Made by a program: the position numbers and the translations under genes
In this document: positions 1 to 9,901 of the stretch, in pieces
How positions within the stretch are numbered: position 1 is the stretch's first letter
How the letters are laid out: each line of letters begins with the position of its first letter
Assembly: GCA_964427375.1 (NCBI GenBank)
Contig: CAYRUF010000005.1
Span: forward strand, 69,286 to 133,285
Direction of reading: 5' to 3'
DNA from: an uncultured Desulfatibacillum sp.
Lineage (GTDB): Bacteria; Desulfobacterota; Desulfobacteria; Desulfobacterales; SpSt-501
DNA length: 64,000 bases
Notes under the pieces: generated by a model
Database searches by the model: none
What the model was told of the DNA's origin: nothing
The model's input: the letters and a program-made list of their open reading frames with translations, nothing else

Positions 1-329
1 ACTTTCATCTTTTCGATATGGAGCGGCTGGATGCTGTCGAAGACGGATAGGATTGCGGTCGATTCCAGCGCACCGATGACCTCGTAGCAGTTCCGGATGT
101 CCTCCAGGGTCAGCCGGTTGACGAAAACGCCCCGGCGGGGCGAGATGGTGACAAAGCCCTCCGTGTCCAGCTGAAGCAGGGCATCGCGCAGCGGGGTCTT
201 GCTGATGCCGAGTTCTTCGCTCAGCGCGTTCAGGTTGACGGCCGCGCCAGGAATCAGCTTGCCCTGGGTGAGCTCTTCTCTGAGGAAATCGTAGACCTGC
301 TCGCGCAGGGATCTCTGGTTGATGATCAT
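1..329 (-). CDS. GntR/FadR-family transcriptional regulator, N-terminal part (3' end lies beyond the window edge)
   Basis: Manual reverse translation from ATG at 329-327 gives MIINQRSLREQVYDFLREELTQGKLIPGAAVNLNALSEELGISKTPLRDALLQLDTEGFVTISPRRGVFV..., a typical GntR winged-HTH. It is absent from the ORF track because it is truncated at position 1. Confidence 0.75.
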   Translation of the reverse strand, partial: MIINQRSLREQVYDFLREELTQGKLIPGAAVNLNALSEELGISKTPLRDALLQLDTEGFVTISPRRGVFVNRLTLEDIRNCYEVIGALESTAILSVFDSIQPLHIEKMK

Positions 330-519
330 CGTGTCGGATTCCTCTGTGGCTGCTGACCCTCTGATTGCATCTCAGGATGTTCAAGCTCCGGCCCAACACG
401 CAAGACAGCAAATAATATCAGGTCTCTGCGAACAGGGCATTCAACGGTTGCCCATGTTCGCAGAGGCTCTCCCAAAGAAATGTTGCGGTTATGAAAAAGA
501 TCAGGGGAAGTTAGAATTT

Positions 520-2085
520 TCAGGTTGCAACGCAGCTTCTGACCTTCCGAGCTTGTCCGATCTTCTTTATTTCCTCTCCGCTTTCACCGCCCCTCAGGAA
601 CTGACCGGCAGGCGGTGCGATTCGGACCGTGGCGATTTTGTTTTGGGTGAAAAAGTCGATCCCGTCCTTGCCCTGGACCTTGTTCGTGCCCAGGTGGGAG
701 TCTTTGATCCCGCCGAACGGCAGGTAGGGATGCGGGGCGCAGATGCCCACGTTAATGCCGACCATCCCGACATTGGCCTCGTTGATGAAGTGTTCCGTGT
801 AATAAAGGTTCTGAGTGAAGATGCAGGCGCCGTTGCCGAATTCCTGCTGCCGAATCAGCTCCAGAGCCGAGTTGATGCAATTCACTTTCACGACGCATAC
901 GACCGGGCCGAAAATTTCCTCTTGGTATATGGTCATGTCCGTCGTCACATCGGTAAAGATGGTGGGGCCCACATAATAACCGTCCTTGATATCATTCGGC
1001 AGGTTAGGGCGTCGTCCGTCCAATACCAGCTTGGCCCCTTCCTTTACACCGATATTGATGTATCTCTCGATCTTCTCCTTGGCCTGTTTCGATATCACGG
1101 GCCCCATGTAGACATCCGGATCGAGCGCACTCCCGACTTTGACTTTTTTCGATGCGGCGATAATCCGTTCGATCAATTCATCATAGATTTCCGGAACGGC
1201 GGCCACCACCGACCCCGCCAAACAGCGCTGCCCGGCGCTCCCGTAACAGGAATGCAGATAGTTCTCGATGAAGACGTCCCACTGGACATCCTCCATGACC
1301 ACTAGAACGTTCTTGGCACCGCCCAGCAGCATGGAACGCTTTCCGCCGCGTCCGCAGGCTTCGGCCATTTTCTGGGCCGTCGGAGTCGATCCGACCAGAC
1401 AGATCCCACTGACCCGGCGGTCTTCATACCAAGGCTCCACCACCGACCGATTGCCGTGGATGATGTTGATGACACCCTTGGGCAAACCTATTTTGACGAA
1501 GATCTCTCCCATCTTCTGCATGAAGAAGGGCGACTGGGTGGATGGTTTGAACACAAAGGTGTTGCCGACGCCGATCGCAAAAGGAATAAACCAGCCGAAC
1601 ACAAGACCCGGGAAGTTGAAGGGGGCCACCCCGCAGAATACGCCCAGGGGCTGTTTAACAACCCGGCCGGAAATGTTGCTGGCGATATGGGTCAGGGTCT
1701 CGCCCTGGATCAGCATCGGGATGCCGCAGGCGGTCTCCAGGATCTGAACCACCCGCTGAACTTCGCCGCGGGCCTCGCTGATGTGCTTGGCCTGATCGAC
1801 GGCAATCGCGAAAGCCAGCTCTTCCTCCTGGTCGATCATCGCCTGCCGCATCTCGTACAGATACGACATGCGTTTGTTAAGGGGCAGTTTTCTCCAGGAA
1901 TCATAGGCATCGTGGGCGGCTTTGACGGCCCGTTCGGAGGTTTCAGGCTTGGACAGCGGCACCTCTCCGATCTTGCACCCATCCGAGGGGTTGTAAAGCG
2001 GAGCCATCTCGACGCCCTTCTCTTCAACCCATTCGCCGTTGATGAAATTTTTAACCTTAATAAATGCCAGTTCCTTAAGCATCAC
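520..2085 (-). CDS. Aldehyde dehydrogenase, methylmalonate/malonate-semialdehyde dehydrogenase (CoA-acylating)-like
   Basis: 521-aa ORF. It has ALDH-superfamily motifs (FNFP, FKPS, GGAKN, EEIFGPV) and the catalytic Cys in the GSAGQRCLA context typical of the MmsA subfamily. Confidence 0.85.
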   Translation of the reverse strand: MMLKELAFIKVKNFINGEWVEEKGVEMAPLYNPSDGCKIGEVPLSKPETSERAVKAAHDAYDSWRKLPLNKRMSYLYEMRQAMIDQEEELAFAIAVDQAKHISEARGEVQRVVQILETACGIPMLIQGETLTHIASNISGRVVKQPLGVFCGVAPFNFPGLVFGWFIPFAIGVGNTFVFKPSTQSPFFMQKMGEIFVKIGLPKGVINIIHGNRSVVEPWYEDRRVSGICLVGSTPTAQKMAEACGRGGKRSMLLGGAKNVLVVMEDVQWDVFIENYLHSCYGSAGQRCLAGSVVAAVPEIYDELIERIIAASKKVKVGSALDPDVYMGPVISKQAKEKIERYINIGVKEGAKLVLDGRRPNLPNDIKDGYYVGPTIFTDVTTDMTIYQEEIFGPVVCVVKVNCINSALELIRQQEFGNGACIFTQNLYYTEHFINEANVGMVGINVGICAPHPYLPFGGIKDSHLGTNKVQGKDGIDFFTQNKIATVRIAPPAGQFLRGGESGEEIKKIGQARKVRSCVAT

Positions 2086-2139
2086 ATTCTCTCTCTCTTT
2101 TTAAATTTCAAACAGCGCCGGTTACGTCGCAGCGGTTAG

Positions 2140-3507
2140 CTATTTCTGATAATCCGCATCGCAGATCGCGAGGTTCCGGTCGATGACGTCCATGGCGAAG
2201 TCGATTTCCGCGTTGGTGATGGCTAGGGGGGGGCAGATCATGATGACCGAAGCGCCGCCGGCCATGATGTAGACCCCCTCTTCCATGCACTTGCCGAGGA
2301 ACTTCATCTTCGAGGTGGCCGGACGCGGCGGTTCCATCAGGGCCTCGTGGATCGGCTCCTTGGTCTGGCGGTTCTTGACGATTTCGATCCCGCAGAACAG
2401 CCCCTTGCCGCGCACTTCGCCGACGCAGGGGTGATTATCTTGGAGGGCTTTGAGCTTCTTCATCAGGTATTCGCCGGCTTTGGCCGCTTTCTCGATGAGG
2501 CTGTCCTCGAGGTAGGCCTCGATCGCCGCCACCCCGGCCGCCATGGCCAGAGTGTGGCCGGAGTATGTGTGCCCGTGCAGGTAAGGGGTGGTCTCGAACT
2601 TCTCCGCAATCCACGGCCGGACGACGGTTGCGCCCAACGGCACCGACCCCGAGTTGATCCCCTTCGCCATGGTCATGATGTCCGGCACGACCCCCCAGTT
2701 GTCCATCCCGAACCATTTCCCGGTTCGGCCGAAGGCGGTCATGACCTCGTCGGCGATCAGCACCACTTCGTACTTGTCGCAGATGGCCCGCACCATTGGC
2801 CAGTACTCTTCGGGCGGGACGATCACCCCGCCGGCCCCGAAGATCGGTTCGCCGATCACCGCGGCCACCCGCCGGGCGCCGCCCTCCAGACGGATCACTT
2901 CCTCCACGTGCTTGGCGCACTGGATGTCGCAGGACGGGTAGGTCGCGCCAAAGCTGCATCGGTAGCAGTACGGCGGCAGTATGTGCAGGGCGCTAGGCAC
3001 AGACGGCTCGGCGCACCAGTTGCGGTAGTCGGCCGAAACAGCCATGGCCCCCATGGTCGAACCATGATAGGAGCGCCAGCGGGAAATCACCTTTTGTTTT
3101 CCCGTGGCCCACCGCGCGATCTTGACGGCCCCCTCGACGGCCTCGGTTCCGCCGGTTGAGAAGAAGGACTTCTTCAGGTCCCCGGGGGTCACCTCCGCCA
3201 GCAGCTTGCCGAGCCGTGCCTTGGGCTCCGTGGCCCACTGCGAGTTGACGCTCGGCAGCAGCGCGGCCTGCTTGGCGATGGCCGCATTTACCCGATCATC
3301 GCAGTGCCCCAGGTTGGTGAAGACGAACTGCGAGGTGAAGTCGAGGTACTTTTTGCCCTCCGGGTTGTAAACCCAACAGCCCTTGGCCTTCGCCGCCACG
3401 AAGGGATTCAACCCCTTCTGCGCCGTCCAGGGCGTCAAGACGTATTCGGCCTCATACTTCCGAATGGTTTCCGCATCGAACGCTTCTTGCTTGACTGTGC
3501 CGGACAT
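2140..3507 (-). CDS. Class-III (omega) aminotransferase, beta-alanine/taurine:pyruvate aminotransferase-like
   Basis: 455-aa ORF. Motifs SGGTEAVEGA, IADEVMTAFGRTGKWFG and MAKGINSG (PLP-Lys region) are typical of omega-amino acid:pyruvate transaminases. Confidence 0.9.
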   Translation of the reverse strand: MSGTVKQEAFDAETIRKYEAEYVLTPWTAQKGLNPFVAAKAKGCWVYNPEGKKYLDFTSQFVFTNLGHCDDRVNAAIAKQAALLPSVNSQWATEPKARLGKLLAEVTPGDLKKSFFSTGGTEAVEGAVKIARWATGKQKVISRWRSYHGSTMGAMAVSADYRNWCAEPSVPSALHILPPYCYRCSFGATYPSCDIQCAKHVEEVIRLEGGARRVAAVIGEPIFGAGGVIVPPEEYWPMVRAICDKYEVVLIADEVMTAFGRTGKWFGMDNWGVVPDIMTMAKGINSGSVPLGATVVRPWIAEKFETTPYLHGHTYSGHTLAMAAGVAAIEAYLEDSLIEKAAKAGEYLMKKLKALQDNHPCVGEVRGKGLFCGIEIVKNRQTKEPIHEALMEPPRPATSKMKFLGKCMEEGVYIMAGGASVIMICPPLAITNAEIDFAMDVIDRNLAICDADYQK

Positions 3508-3568
3508 GTTGCATCTCCTCTGTTGGTCGTTTTTTTCAAGTAATCATTCGCCCTCGGCGTGCGAGGGA

Positions 3569-4723
3569 TTAATAGTTTGCTTCCAGAATCCCGATTACAT
3601 CCTGCTCGGTGACCGCGCGCGGGTTGTTGCTGATCAGGCGCGTTGCGCTCACCGTAGCCTTGGCCAGGGCCGGGAACTCCTCCCGCGGAACCCCGTAGGT
3701 GTTCAGCTTATAAGAAATGCCCAGGTCGTCGAGCAGGCTTTTGACCGCTTGGACCGACAGGCGGGCGGCCTGGATCTCCGGCAGGTGCTTGGTGCGTTCC
3801 CCGAAGGCCTCGGCGATCCGACTGTACTTGCCCGGCGCGGCGATCAGGTTGTACTCCATCACCCATGGCAGGATGAAGGCTGTCAGCAGTCCATGCGGCA
3901 GGTGAAACTTGCCCCCAATGGCGAGCGCCAGGGCGTGGTCCAGGCCGTTCTGGGTGTTGGAGAAGGCCATTCCCGCCAGGCAGGAGGCGTGCAGCATGTT
4001 TTCCCGGGCGAGGAGGTTGGCGCCGTTGGCATATGCCAGCCGGAGGTTGCCGGCCACCAGCCGGATAGCCTGCAGGTTGAGCGTGTCGGTGAAGACCGAG
4101 GCGCGCACGCCGACGTAGGACTCGACGGCGTGCACCAGCGCGTCCATTCCGGTCATGGCGGTCACCCGCGGCGGCAGCGCCAGCGTCAACTTTGGATCGA
4201 GCAGGGCCGTCCGAGCGAACATGTGCTCGCTGACGATGCCCTTCTTAACCTGGTTCCGAGTGTCGGACAGCACGCAGATGGACGTCATTTCGCTGCCCGT
4301 GCCGGCGGTGGTGGGGATGAGAATCAGCGGCACCCCCGGCCGGGGCACCAGTTCCATTCCAAAATATTTCTGGATCGGCCCTTCGTTGGTCAGCATCACC
4401 GAGGTGACCTTGGAGATGTCCAGGGAGCTCCCGCCGCCGAGGCCCACGATGACGTCGGGATCGAAGGCCCTGGCGGCATCGGCGCTGGCCAAGGCCACCT
4501 CCATCCTTGGATCGGGTTCGACCTCGGCATAGACGCCGAAGGTGATCTTGGCGCGTTCGAGCACCCCCGTCAGCTGGTCCAGGACTCCCGCCGACTTGAG
4601 GCCGGGATCGGTCACCACCAGGACCCGGCTGCCTTTTACGCGGTTGATCTCGTCCGGCAGGCTTTCCACGGCACCGGCGCCGAAGACCACCCGTCGCACG
4701 GTTTCGAAAGATTGGACCCCCAT
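3569..4723 (-). CDS. Iron-containing (group III) alcohol dehydrogenase
   Basis: 384-aa ORF. It has GLGGGSSLD, PTTAGTGSE and metal-ligand His motifs (DALVHAVE, LPHG). Confidence 0.9.
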   Translation of the reverse strand: MGVQSFETVRRVVFGAGAVESLPDEINRVKGSRVLVVTDPGLKSAGVLDQLTGVLERAKITFGVYAEVEPDPRMEVALASADAARAFDPDVIVGLGGGSSLDISKVTSVMLTNEGPIQKYFGMELVPRPGVPLILIPTTAGTGSEMTSICVLSDTRNQVKKGIVSEHMFARTALLDPKLTLALPPRVTAMTGMDALVHAVESYVGVRASVFTDTLNLQAIRLVAGNLRLAYANGANLLARENMLHASCLAGMAFSNTQNGLDHALALAIGGKFHLPHGLLTAFILPWVMEYNLIAAPGKYSRIAEAFGERTKHLPEIQAARLSVQAVKSLLDDLGISYKLNTYGVPREEFPALAKATVSATRLISNNPRAVTEQDVIGILEANY

Positions 4724-4797
4724 AATTACGGCCTCCCTTTGTTGCTCAGAGGTATCGGTTGACGAATGCCCCTATTCGGTTCAACGTGGGCATTGAG

Positions 4798-5556
4798 CTA
4801 AAGCACCAGCTCCGACGCATCGGTGATCTCCTGCCGGAGCCGGAGAAATTTCATGTCCGTGTGCTCCCGCGGCCGCGGCAGATGGACGTCATAGACTTCG
4901 TGCATGCGGCCAGGCAGCTTTCCCTTCAGCGTAACGATGCGGTCGCCCAGATAGATCGCTTCATCGATGTTGTTGGTCACGAACAGAACCGTCCGCTTTT
5001 CGGTCTCCCAAATGCGGGCGGTCTCCTTTTCCATGAAGTAGCGGGTCTGCGCGTCGAGCTGGCCGAACGGTTCGTCGAGCAGCATGACCTTGGGGTTGTT
5101 GGCGTAGGCCCGGGCGATGCCCACGCGCTGCTTCATGCCGCCGCTCAGCTGGTGGGGGTAATGTTTTTCGAAACCGTTCAGACCCACCAGGTCGATGTAG
5201 CGCTGCGCGATCCGTCGGCATTCCTCTTTGGCAACGCCGTTCAGCTGCGGGCCGAGTTCGACATTGCCCATGACCGTCTTCCAGCCGAAGAGCATGTAGC
5301 TTTGGAAAACCAAGCCGCGGTCCGGCCCGGGTCCGGCAACCGCCTCCCCGTCAATCCTGACCGAACCTTCGCTGGGGGTCTCCAGGCCGGCGATGATGCG
5401 CAGCAAGGTACTTTTCCCGGACTGCCCAGGCCCCAGGATGACCAGGAATTCCTTGTCGCGGACGGATAGACTGATGTCCTCGAGAACATGGACACGCTGC
5501 TTGCCTTTCTGGATGAAGACTTTGGTAATGTTCCGGCATTCGATTTTCGGTGTCAT
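4798..5556 (-). CDS. ABC transporter ATP-binding protein (NitT/TauT family), canonical motifs
   Basis: Walker A is GPGQSGKST, the signature is LSGGMKQR and Walker B is MLLDEPF. Confidence 0.9.
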   Translation of the reverse strand: MTPKIECRNITKVFIQKGKQRVHVLEDISLSVRDKEFLVILGPGQSGKSTLLRIIAGLETPSEGSVRIDGEAVAGPGPDRGLVFQSYMLFGWKTVMGNVELGPQLNGVAKEECRRIAQRYIDLVGLNGFEKHYPHQLSGGMKQRVGIARAYANNPKVMLLDEPFGQLDAQTRYFMEKETARIWETEKRTVLFVTNNIDEAIYLGDRIVTLKGKLPGRMHEVYDVHLPRPREHTDMKFLRLRQEITDASELVL

Positions 5557-5585
5557 AACTTGTTCCTAAAACCCCACCGGCAGAA

Positions 5586-6467
5586 TCACAGGCCGGCGAT
5601 ATCTCGTTTCCACGGGCACAGCAGCTTTTCCAGGCCGCTCACCAGCATAGACGAGAGCCAAGCCACGATGGCGATGATGACCATGCCGCCGATCACCAGG
5701 GAGGTGTCCGATATTTTCATGCCCTGCACGATGATGAACCCCAGCCCGGAGCGGGAAGCCACCAGCTCCGCTGCCAAAACACAAGTCCAGGCCATGGAGA
5801 GCGAAATCTGCAGTCCAGCGAAAATGGCTGGAAAGGATGCCGGAAAGCTCACCTGGATGATTTCATTCCAGCGTCTCCCGCCCAGGACCTTGATGACGTC
5901 GTATAGCTCCGGCTCGATCAGGCGGACGCCGTTGTAGGAGTTGAGCAGGCAGGGCACAAAAGTGCCGATGACGATGATGAAGATCTTGGACGGTTCGCCG
6001 ATGCCAAACCAAAGGATCGAAATGGAAATCCAGGCGATCGGCGGCATGGGCTTGAAGATGTCGAACACCGGCTTGACGATGGCGTTCACATAGGGGTTGA
6101 GGGCCATGAACAGCCCCAAGGGGATCGCCAGCGCCGATGCCAGGATAAATCCGATGAAAATGCGCTGGGCGCTGGCCCAGATGTGCCCCCAGATCGTGAG
6201 GCCCGCCAGCGTGTCGGTCATCAACCCCTGGAAGCGTGCCACCACCTGCCAGGGGGTGGCGAGGGCGCCGGCGAAAAAACCGCTGACGGCAACATGGTGC
6301 CACAGGAGCAGGAAAGCGACGATGGACACGACATGGAGCAGGTATTCGTTGGTAATGATGCGCCGGAGGGTCAGCGGCTTTTTCTCCCGGACCGTTTGCT
6401 GGACTTCATCGGCAATGGAGCTGCCCTGCCGGCCGAGGCTCTGGATGTTTTCCTGAAGCTCTGCCAT
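5586..6467 (-). CDS. ABC transporter permease (NitT/TauT family)
   Basis: Multi-pass membrane ORF. I trimmed the start to ATG 6467 (MAELQENIQ...). The longer track ORF (to 6671) would overlap the upstream permease and its extension is Arg/Gly-rich junk. Confidence 0.85.
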   Translation of the reverse strand: MAELQENIQSLGRQGSSIADEVQQTVREKKPLTLRRIITNEYLLHVVSIVAFLLLWHHVAVSGFFAGALATPWQVVARFQGLMTDTLAGLTIWGHIWASAQRIFIGFILASALAIPLGLFMALNPYVNAIVKPVFDIFKPMPPIAWISISILWFGIGEPSKIFIIVIGTFVPCLLNSYNGVRLIEPELYDVIKVLGGRRWNEIIQVSFPASFPAIFAGLQISLSMAWTCVLAAELVASRSGLGFIIVQGMKISDTSLVIGGMVIIAIVAWLSSMLVSGLEKLLCPWKRDIAGL

Positions 6468-6472
6468 GAGCG

Positions 6473-7267
6473 TTACCTCCTGATCCCGGCCAGTAGCCGC
6501 CGTTCCACATAGTCGATCAACACGCCGATGGCGGCCCCGGCTAAACCCACCGATACCATGCCCAGTACAACCATATCCGGCAGGGCCAGGCGCCGGCCCA
6601 TCGTGATCAGGTAGCCGAGGCCCTGGTCGGCGGCGAGCAGCTCGGCGCCCACCAGATTGGTCCAGGCGCACGCCAGCGCGATTTGCAGCGCGCCGAAGAC
6701 CATCGGCAGTGCCGAAGGCACGCAGAGGGTCTTAAAGATCTGCCAGTCCGTGGCGCCGTACGTGCGGGCCATCTGGATCAGGGTGGGGTTGGTCATGCGC
6801 ACACCGACAAAGGCGTTGATCACGCACGGAACCACGCCGCCGAGCCAAATGATAAAGACCTTGCCCCACAGGCCGATACCGAACCAGAAGACGGTCAGCG
6901 GAATCCAGGCGATCGGCGGAATCGGACGGATCAGCTCGAACAGCGGTCGGGCCAGCCCGCGCACCACACTGAACCAGCCCATGAAGAGCCCCAGCGGCAG
7001 GCCAATACCCAGGGCCAGAAGATACCCCAGGAATGCCTCCTGAGCGCTCACCCAAGCGTGCATGAAAATGGTTGCGCCGTCCGGATTGGGGTCGGTGAGC
7101 TTGGTCACGAACAAATTGCCGACCTGGGTCGGAGCGGCCAGCATGGTCTTCGGCACGATGTCGAGCTGCACGACCAGCTCCCAAGCAGCGAAAAATGTCA
7201 GAACGCTGAAAATCGGCAACAGGATCAAGCTCAATGGTTTTTTGACTTTTACTTCCTCGTACGCCAT
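6473..7267 (-). CDS. ABC transporter permease (NitT/TauT family)
   Basis: Paralogue of the downstream permease. The start is set at ATG 7267 (MAYEEVKVKK...), preceded by GGGGAGG. Confidence 0.85.
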   Translation of the reverse strand: MAYEEVKVKKPLSLILLPIFSVLTFFAAWELVVQLDIVPKTMLAAPTQVGNLFVTKLTDPNPDGATIFMHAWVSAQEAFLGYLLALGIGLPLGLFMGWFSVVRGLARPLFELIRPIPPIAWIPLTVFWFGIGLWGKVFIIWLGGVVPCVINAFVGVRMTNPTLIQMARTYGATDWQIFKTLCVPSALPMVFGALQIALACAWTNLVGAELLAADQGLGYLITMGRRLALPDMVVLGMVSVGLAGAAIGVLIDYVERRLLAGIRR

Positions 7268-7367
7268 TTTTCGCCTCCCCGAGCGCCGGCCCATTGGGCC
7301 GGTGGGAATGGCCGGGCGACCCGGTCGGCCGGCGCCTTGGAAGACGCCGGGCCGGCCGGTGAACCGG

Positions 7368-8456
7368 TTACTTCAGATCGTCCGTCGGAATGGGGGTTTT
7401 GACCAGTTTGAGGAACTTGTCGGTCACGTATGCGGAATCCTTGACCTTGGCGAAATCCTCCGGCTTGAAGCGGCCCTGCGCCGTGAAGAACTCCCCGATC
7501 AGGAACTGCCACTTGCCGGCCGTGCTCATACCCTTGGAAGAATCAAAGAGCTTCAACTGCTGTTCCAAATTCCACACCGGGTGGTTGTCGATGTCCAGTT
7601 TGGCCATCTCCGCGGTCATTTCCATACCCCCCCAATCCTTCATGAATTTTTGGTACAGTTTGACGACCTCGGGGCTGCTGCCGTGCTTGAGCTGGAAGTT
7701 CACGCCCCGCAGGTAGACCCGCAGGAATTTGGCCACGATTTCCGGGTTCTTGTCGCAGAATTCCTTGTCGCCGATGAGAGTGATGGGCAGGGCGCGTCCG
7801 GCGGAGCGGACGTCCCCAACCTTCTTGTAGCCCTTGGACTCGGCGGAGTAGGTGTACGGCGCCCACAACACGACCACATCGCCGATCCCCTTTTCAAACG
7901 CGGCAATGGCCGAGGCCTGATCCATCTGCTTGATGACCACATCGCTGTCCTTAAGTCCGAGGACGTTCAGCCAAGAGCTCATGGCGTAGTGGGCCGAGGA
8001 AACGGTAGTGACCAAAATGGTCTTGCCCTTCACGGTCTCCGGCGAGCCGTACACTTCGGGATTCTCCTTGTTGAACCCCTTGACTTTAAGGATGGGGCTA
8101 TCCGGCCGGACATAAACGTTGTTCGTAATGGATTCATCGTTCCCCAGCCCGATCTGATAGGCACCGTAGCGCAGAGCGCCGACCACCTGCGGAACGCCGC
8201 CGGTGCCGCCCAGCACCCACTGCTTGGCCGGCAAGGCTTCCATCTGGGCCATACCGGAATCAAAGAAGAGCAACTCCAGGTCCAGGCCTTCCTCTTTGTC
8301 CCAGCCCCTCTGCTTGGCCAGCCAGGGGAAGAAGGTTTCATGTTCCGGCATCCAGCAGGTCTTGAGTTTGATGGGTGCTTGGGCCTGTACCGGCGTGAAG
8401 GAAAACACCAGCAAAGCTGCCAGAATCAGTGCACTGAAGAAAGCGAACTTTTTCAT
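7368..8456 (-). CDS. ABC transporter periplasmic substrate-binding protein, NMT1/SsuA/TauA-like
   Basis: 362 aa with a signal peptide (MKKFAFFSALILAALLVFSFTPVQAQA). The overall pattern resembles NMT1/THI5-like binding proteins. Confidence 0.85.
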   Translation of the reverse strand: MKKFAFFSALILAALLVFSFTPVQAQAPIKLKTCWMPEHETFFPWLAKQRGWDKEEGLDLELLFFDSGMAQMEALPAKQWVLGGTGGVPQVVGALRYGAYQIGLGNDESITNNVYVRPDSPILKVKGFNKENPEVYGSPETVKGKTILVTTVSSAHYAMSSWLNVLGLKDSDVVIKQMDQASAIAAFEKGIGDVVVLWAPYTYSAESKGYKKVGDVRSAGRALPITLIGDKEFCDKNPEIVAKFLRVYLRGVNFQLKHGSSPEVVKLYQKFMKDWGGMEMTAEMAKLDIDNHPVWNLEQQLKLFDSSKGMSTAGKWQFLIGEFFTAQGRFKPEDFAKVKDSAYVTDKFLKLVKTPIPTDDLK

Positions 8457-8617
8457 TTAATAGCTCCTTTCCAACATGAGAGTTGTCGAATTCCTTTCCA
8501 AATCTCACTCCTCGTTGGGGTCAGGTCCGGACCCCTGCGGTTTTGCCTTCTGTGGCGGCACCTCCTTATAATTTGGATTTACCCTCTTGGCCGGCCGTAG
8601 TGGCCGGCTCCTCGGCA

Positions 8618-9385
8618 TTACCACCATCGGATCAGTTCCGTGACCTGTTTGCGGATGGCGACGAATTTGGGATCGATCAAGCTGCGTGGCCTGGGAAGGT
8701 CGACCTCGACTTCGGCCTTGATGTTGGTCGGCTTATTGCTGAGAACCAGGATGCGTTCGGCCACGTAAACAGCTTCTTCGATGTTGTGGGTGACGAAGAT
8801 GACCGTGCTTTTGAGCGTCTGCCAGAGTTTGACGAGTTCGTCCTCCAGGTAGTAGCGCAATTTGACGTCCAGCTGGCCGTAAGGTTCGTCCATCAGCAGC
8901 AGGTCGGGGTCCACGGCAAAGGCACGAGCGACGGTGATGCGTTGCACCATGCTGGCTGAGACCTGGTTGGGGTAGAGGTTTTGCGTCTCGGTGAGTCCAA
9001 CCAGATCCAGCATATAATCAACCCGCTTGCGGACGTCATCGCCCTTGAAGCCCTTGATCTCCATGCCGTAGGCTACATTTTGACGGACCGTCCGCCACGG
9101 CAGGCAGGTCGGCTCCTGGAAAACAAAGGAGATGTTGTGCTTCTTGGGGTCGGCCACCTCGCCGTCGATGAAGATGTCCCCCTCGCTGGTGGGCATGAGC
9201 TTGGAAAGGCAGTTTAAAAAGGTGGTCTTGCCGCAGCCCGTCGGTCCGACGATGGCCAGAAACTCGCCCTGGGCGACCTGGAAGTTGATTCGGTTCAGCA
9301 CCAGGAGGTCGCCGAACCGTTTGGTCAGGTTCTTAACTTCAATTTTGACGCGTCTTGTTTCCGGGTTCAGGGCTGCAGCTTCCAA
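8618..9385 (-). CDS. ABC transporter ATP-binding protein with degenerate signature motif
   Basis: Walker A is GPTGCGKTT and Walker B is LLMDEPY, but the LSGGQ position reads VSASMVQR. The start is TTG at 9385, preceded by GAGGAG with a 6-nt spacer. Confidence 0.85.
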   Translation of the reverse strand: MEAAALNPETRRVKIEVKNLTKRFGDLLVLNRINFQVAQGEFLAIVGPTGCGKTTFLNCLSKLMPTSEGDIFIDGEVADPKKHNISFVFQEPTCLPWRTVRQNVAYGMEIKGFKGDDVRKRVDYMLDLVGLTETQNLYPNQVSASMVQRITVARAFAVDPDLLLMDEPYGQLDVKLRYYLEDELVKLWQTLKSTVIFVTHNIEEAVYVAERILVLSNKPTNIKAEVEVDLPRPRSLIDPKFVAIRKQVTELIRWW

Positions 9386-9672
9386 GGAGTGCTCCTCATT
9401 TATGCTGGCTCGGCACTGGCCGGCGATCCAGTGTCTGCTCTGCCGTTGATGATTGTCTCCCGAGATTTTGCAGGGTTTGACAATGCGTTTCTTGGATGCA
9501 TTGGAAAGGAGGTATCTTGACGTGAAGGATGCGGCGAACGCCTGGTGAAATCATAAAACCGCAGGGGCTGAGACTCAAACGCCGCCATGGATCGAACCGT
9601 CCTGCACAAGTGTCCGACATGCGTTTCCGTGAAGGTTTCGACGGCCGGTTGATTGGAGCGATAACCGGCGCT

Positions 9673-9689
9673 TGATATATCAGATATCA
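9673..9689. promoter_or_regulatory. Candidate operator: palindrome TGATATATCA followed by GATATCA
   Basis: TGATATATCA (9673-9682) is a perfect 10-bp palindrome, immediately followed by a repeat of the GATATCA half. It is an AT-rich patch about 290 bp upstream of the operon's first gene. The operon ends with a GntR regulator. Confidence 0.3.
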
Positions 9690-9901
9690 GAAAACGGCGT
9701 CAAGAACTATTTGAGGGCTTTCGGTAGCGGAGCTGAATTAAAAAATGCGCGCTCGGGTAAATGCCGGTCGGCATCAGATGCTCGAAGTCTGAGGATGATT
9801 CCGGGTTGCCTTCGGAACAAACGGGATTGCCCAATCGCTTGAAAAGCGATGCAGAGCCAGATCCATTTCGTGACGGTCGGGAGAAAACGGATACGAGCTG
9901 G

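Noticed and set aside
9407-9420. A sigma-54-like GG-N10-GC match (minus strand GGCCAGTGCCGAGC) upstream of the transporter operon.
   Set aside because: The -12 region is poor (GAGC instead of TTGC). It also sits only about 25 nt from the TTG start, which leaves no room for a leader with the observed RBS.
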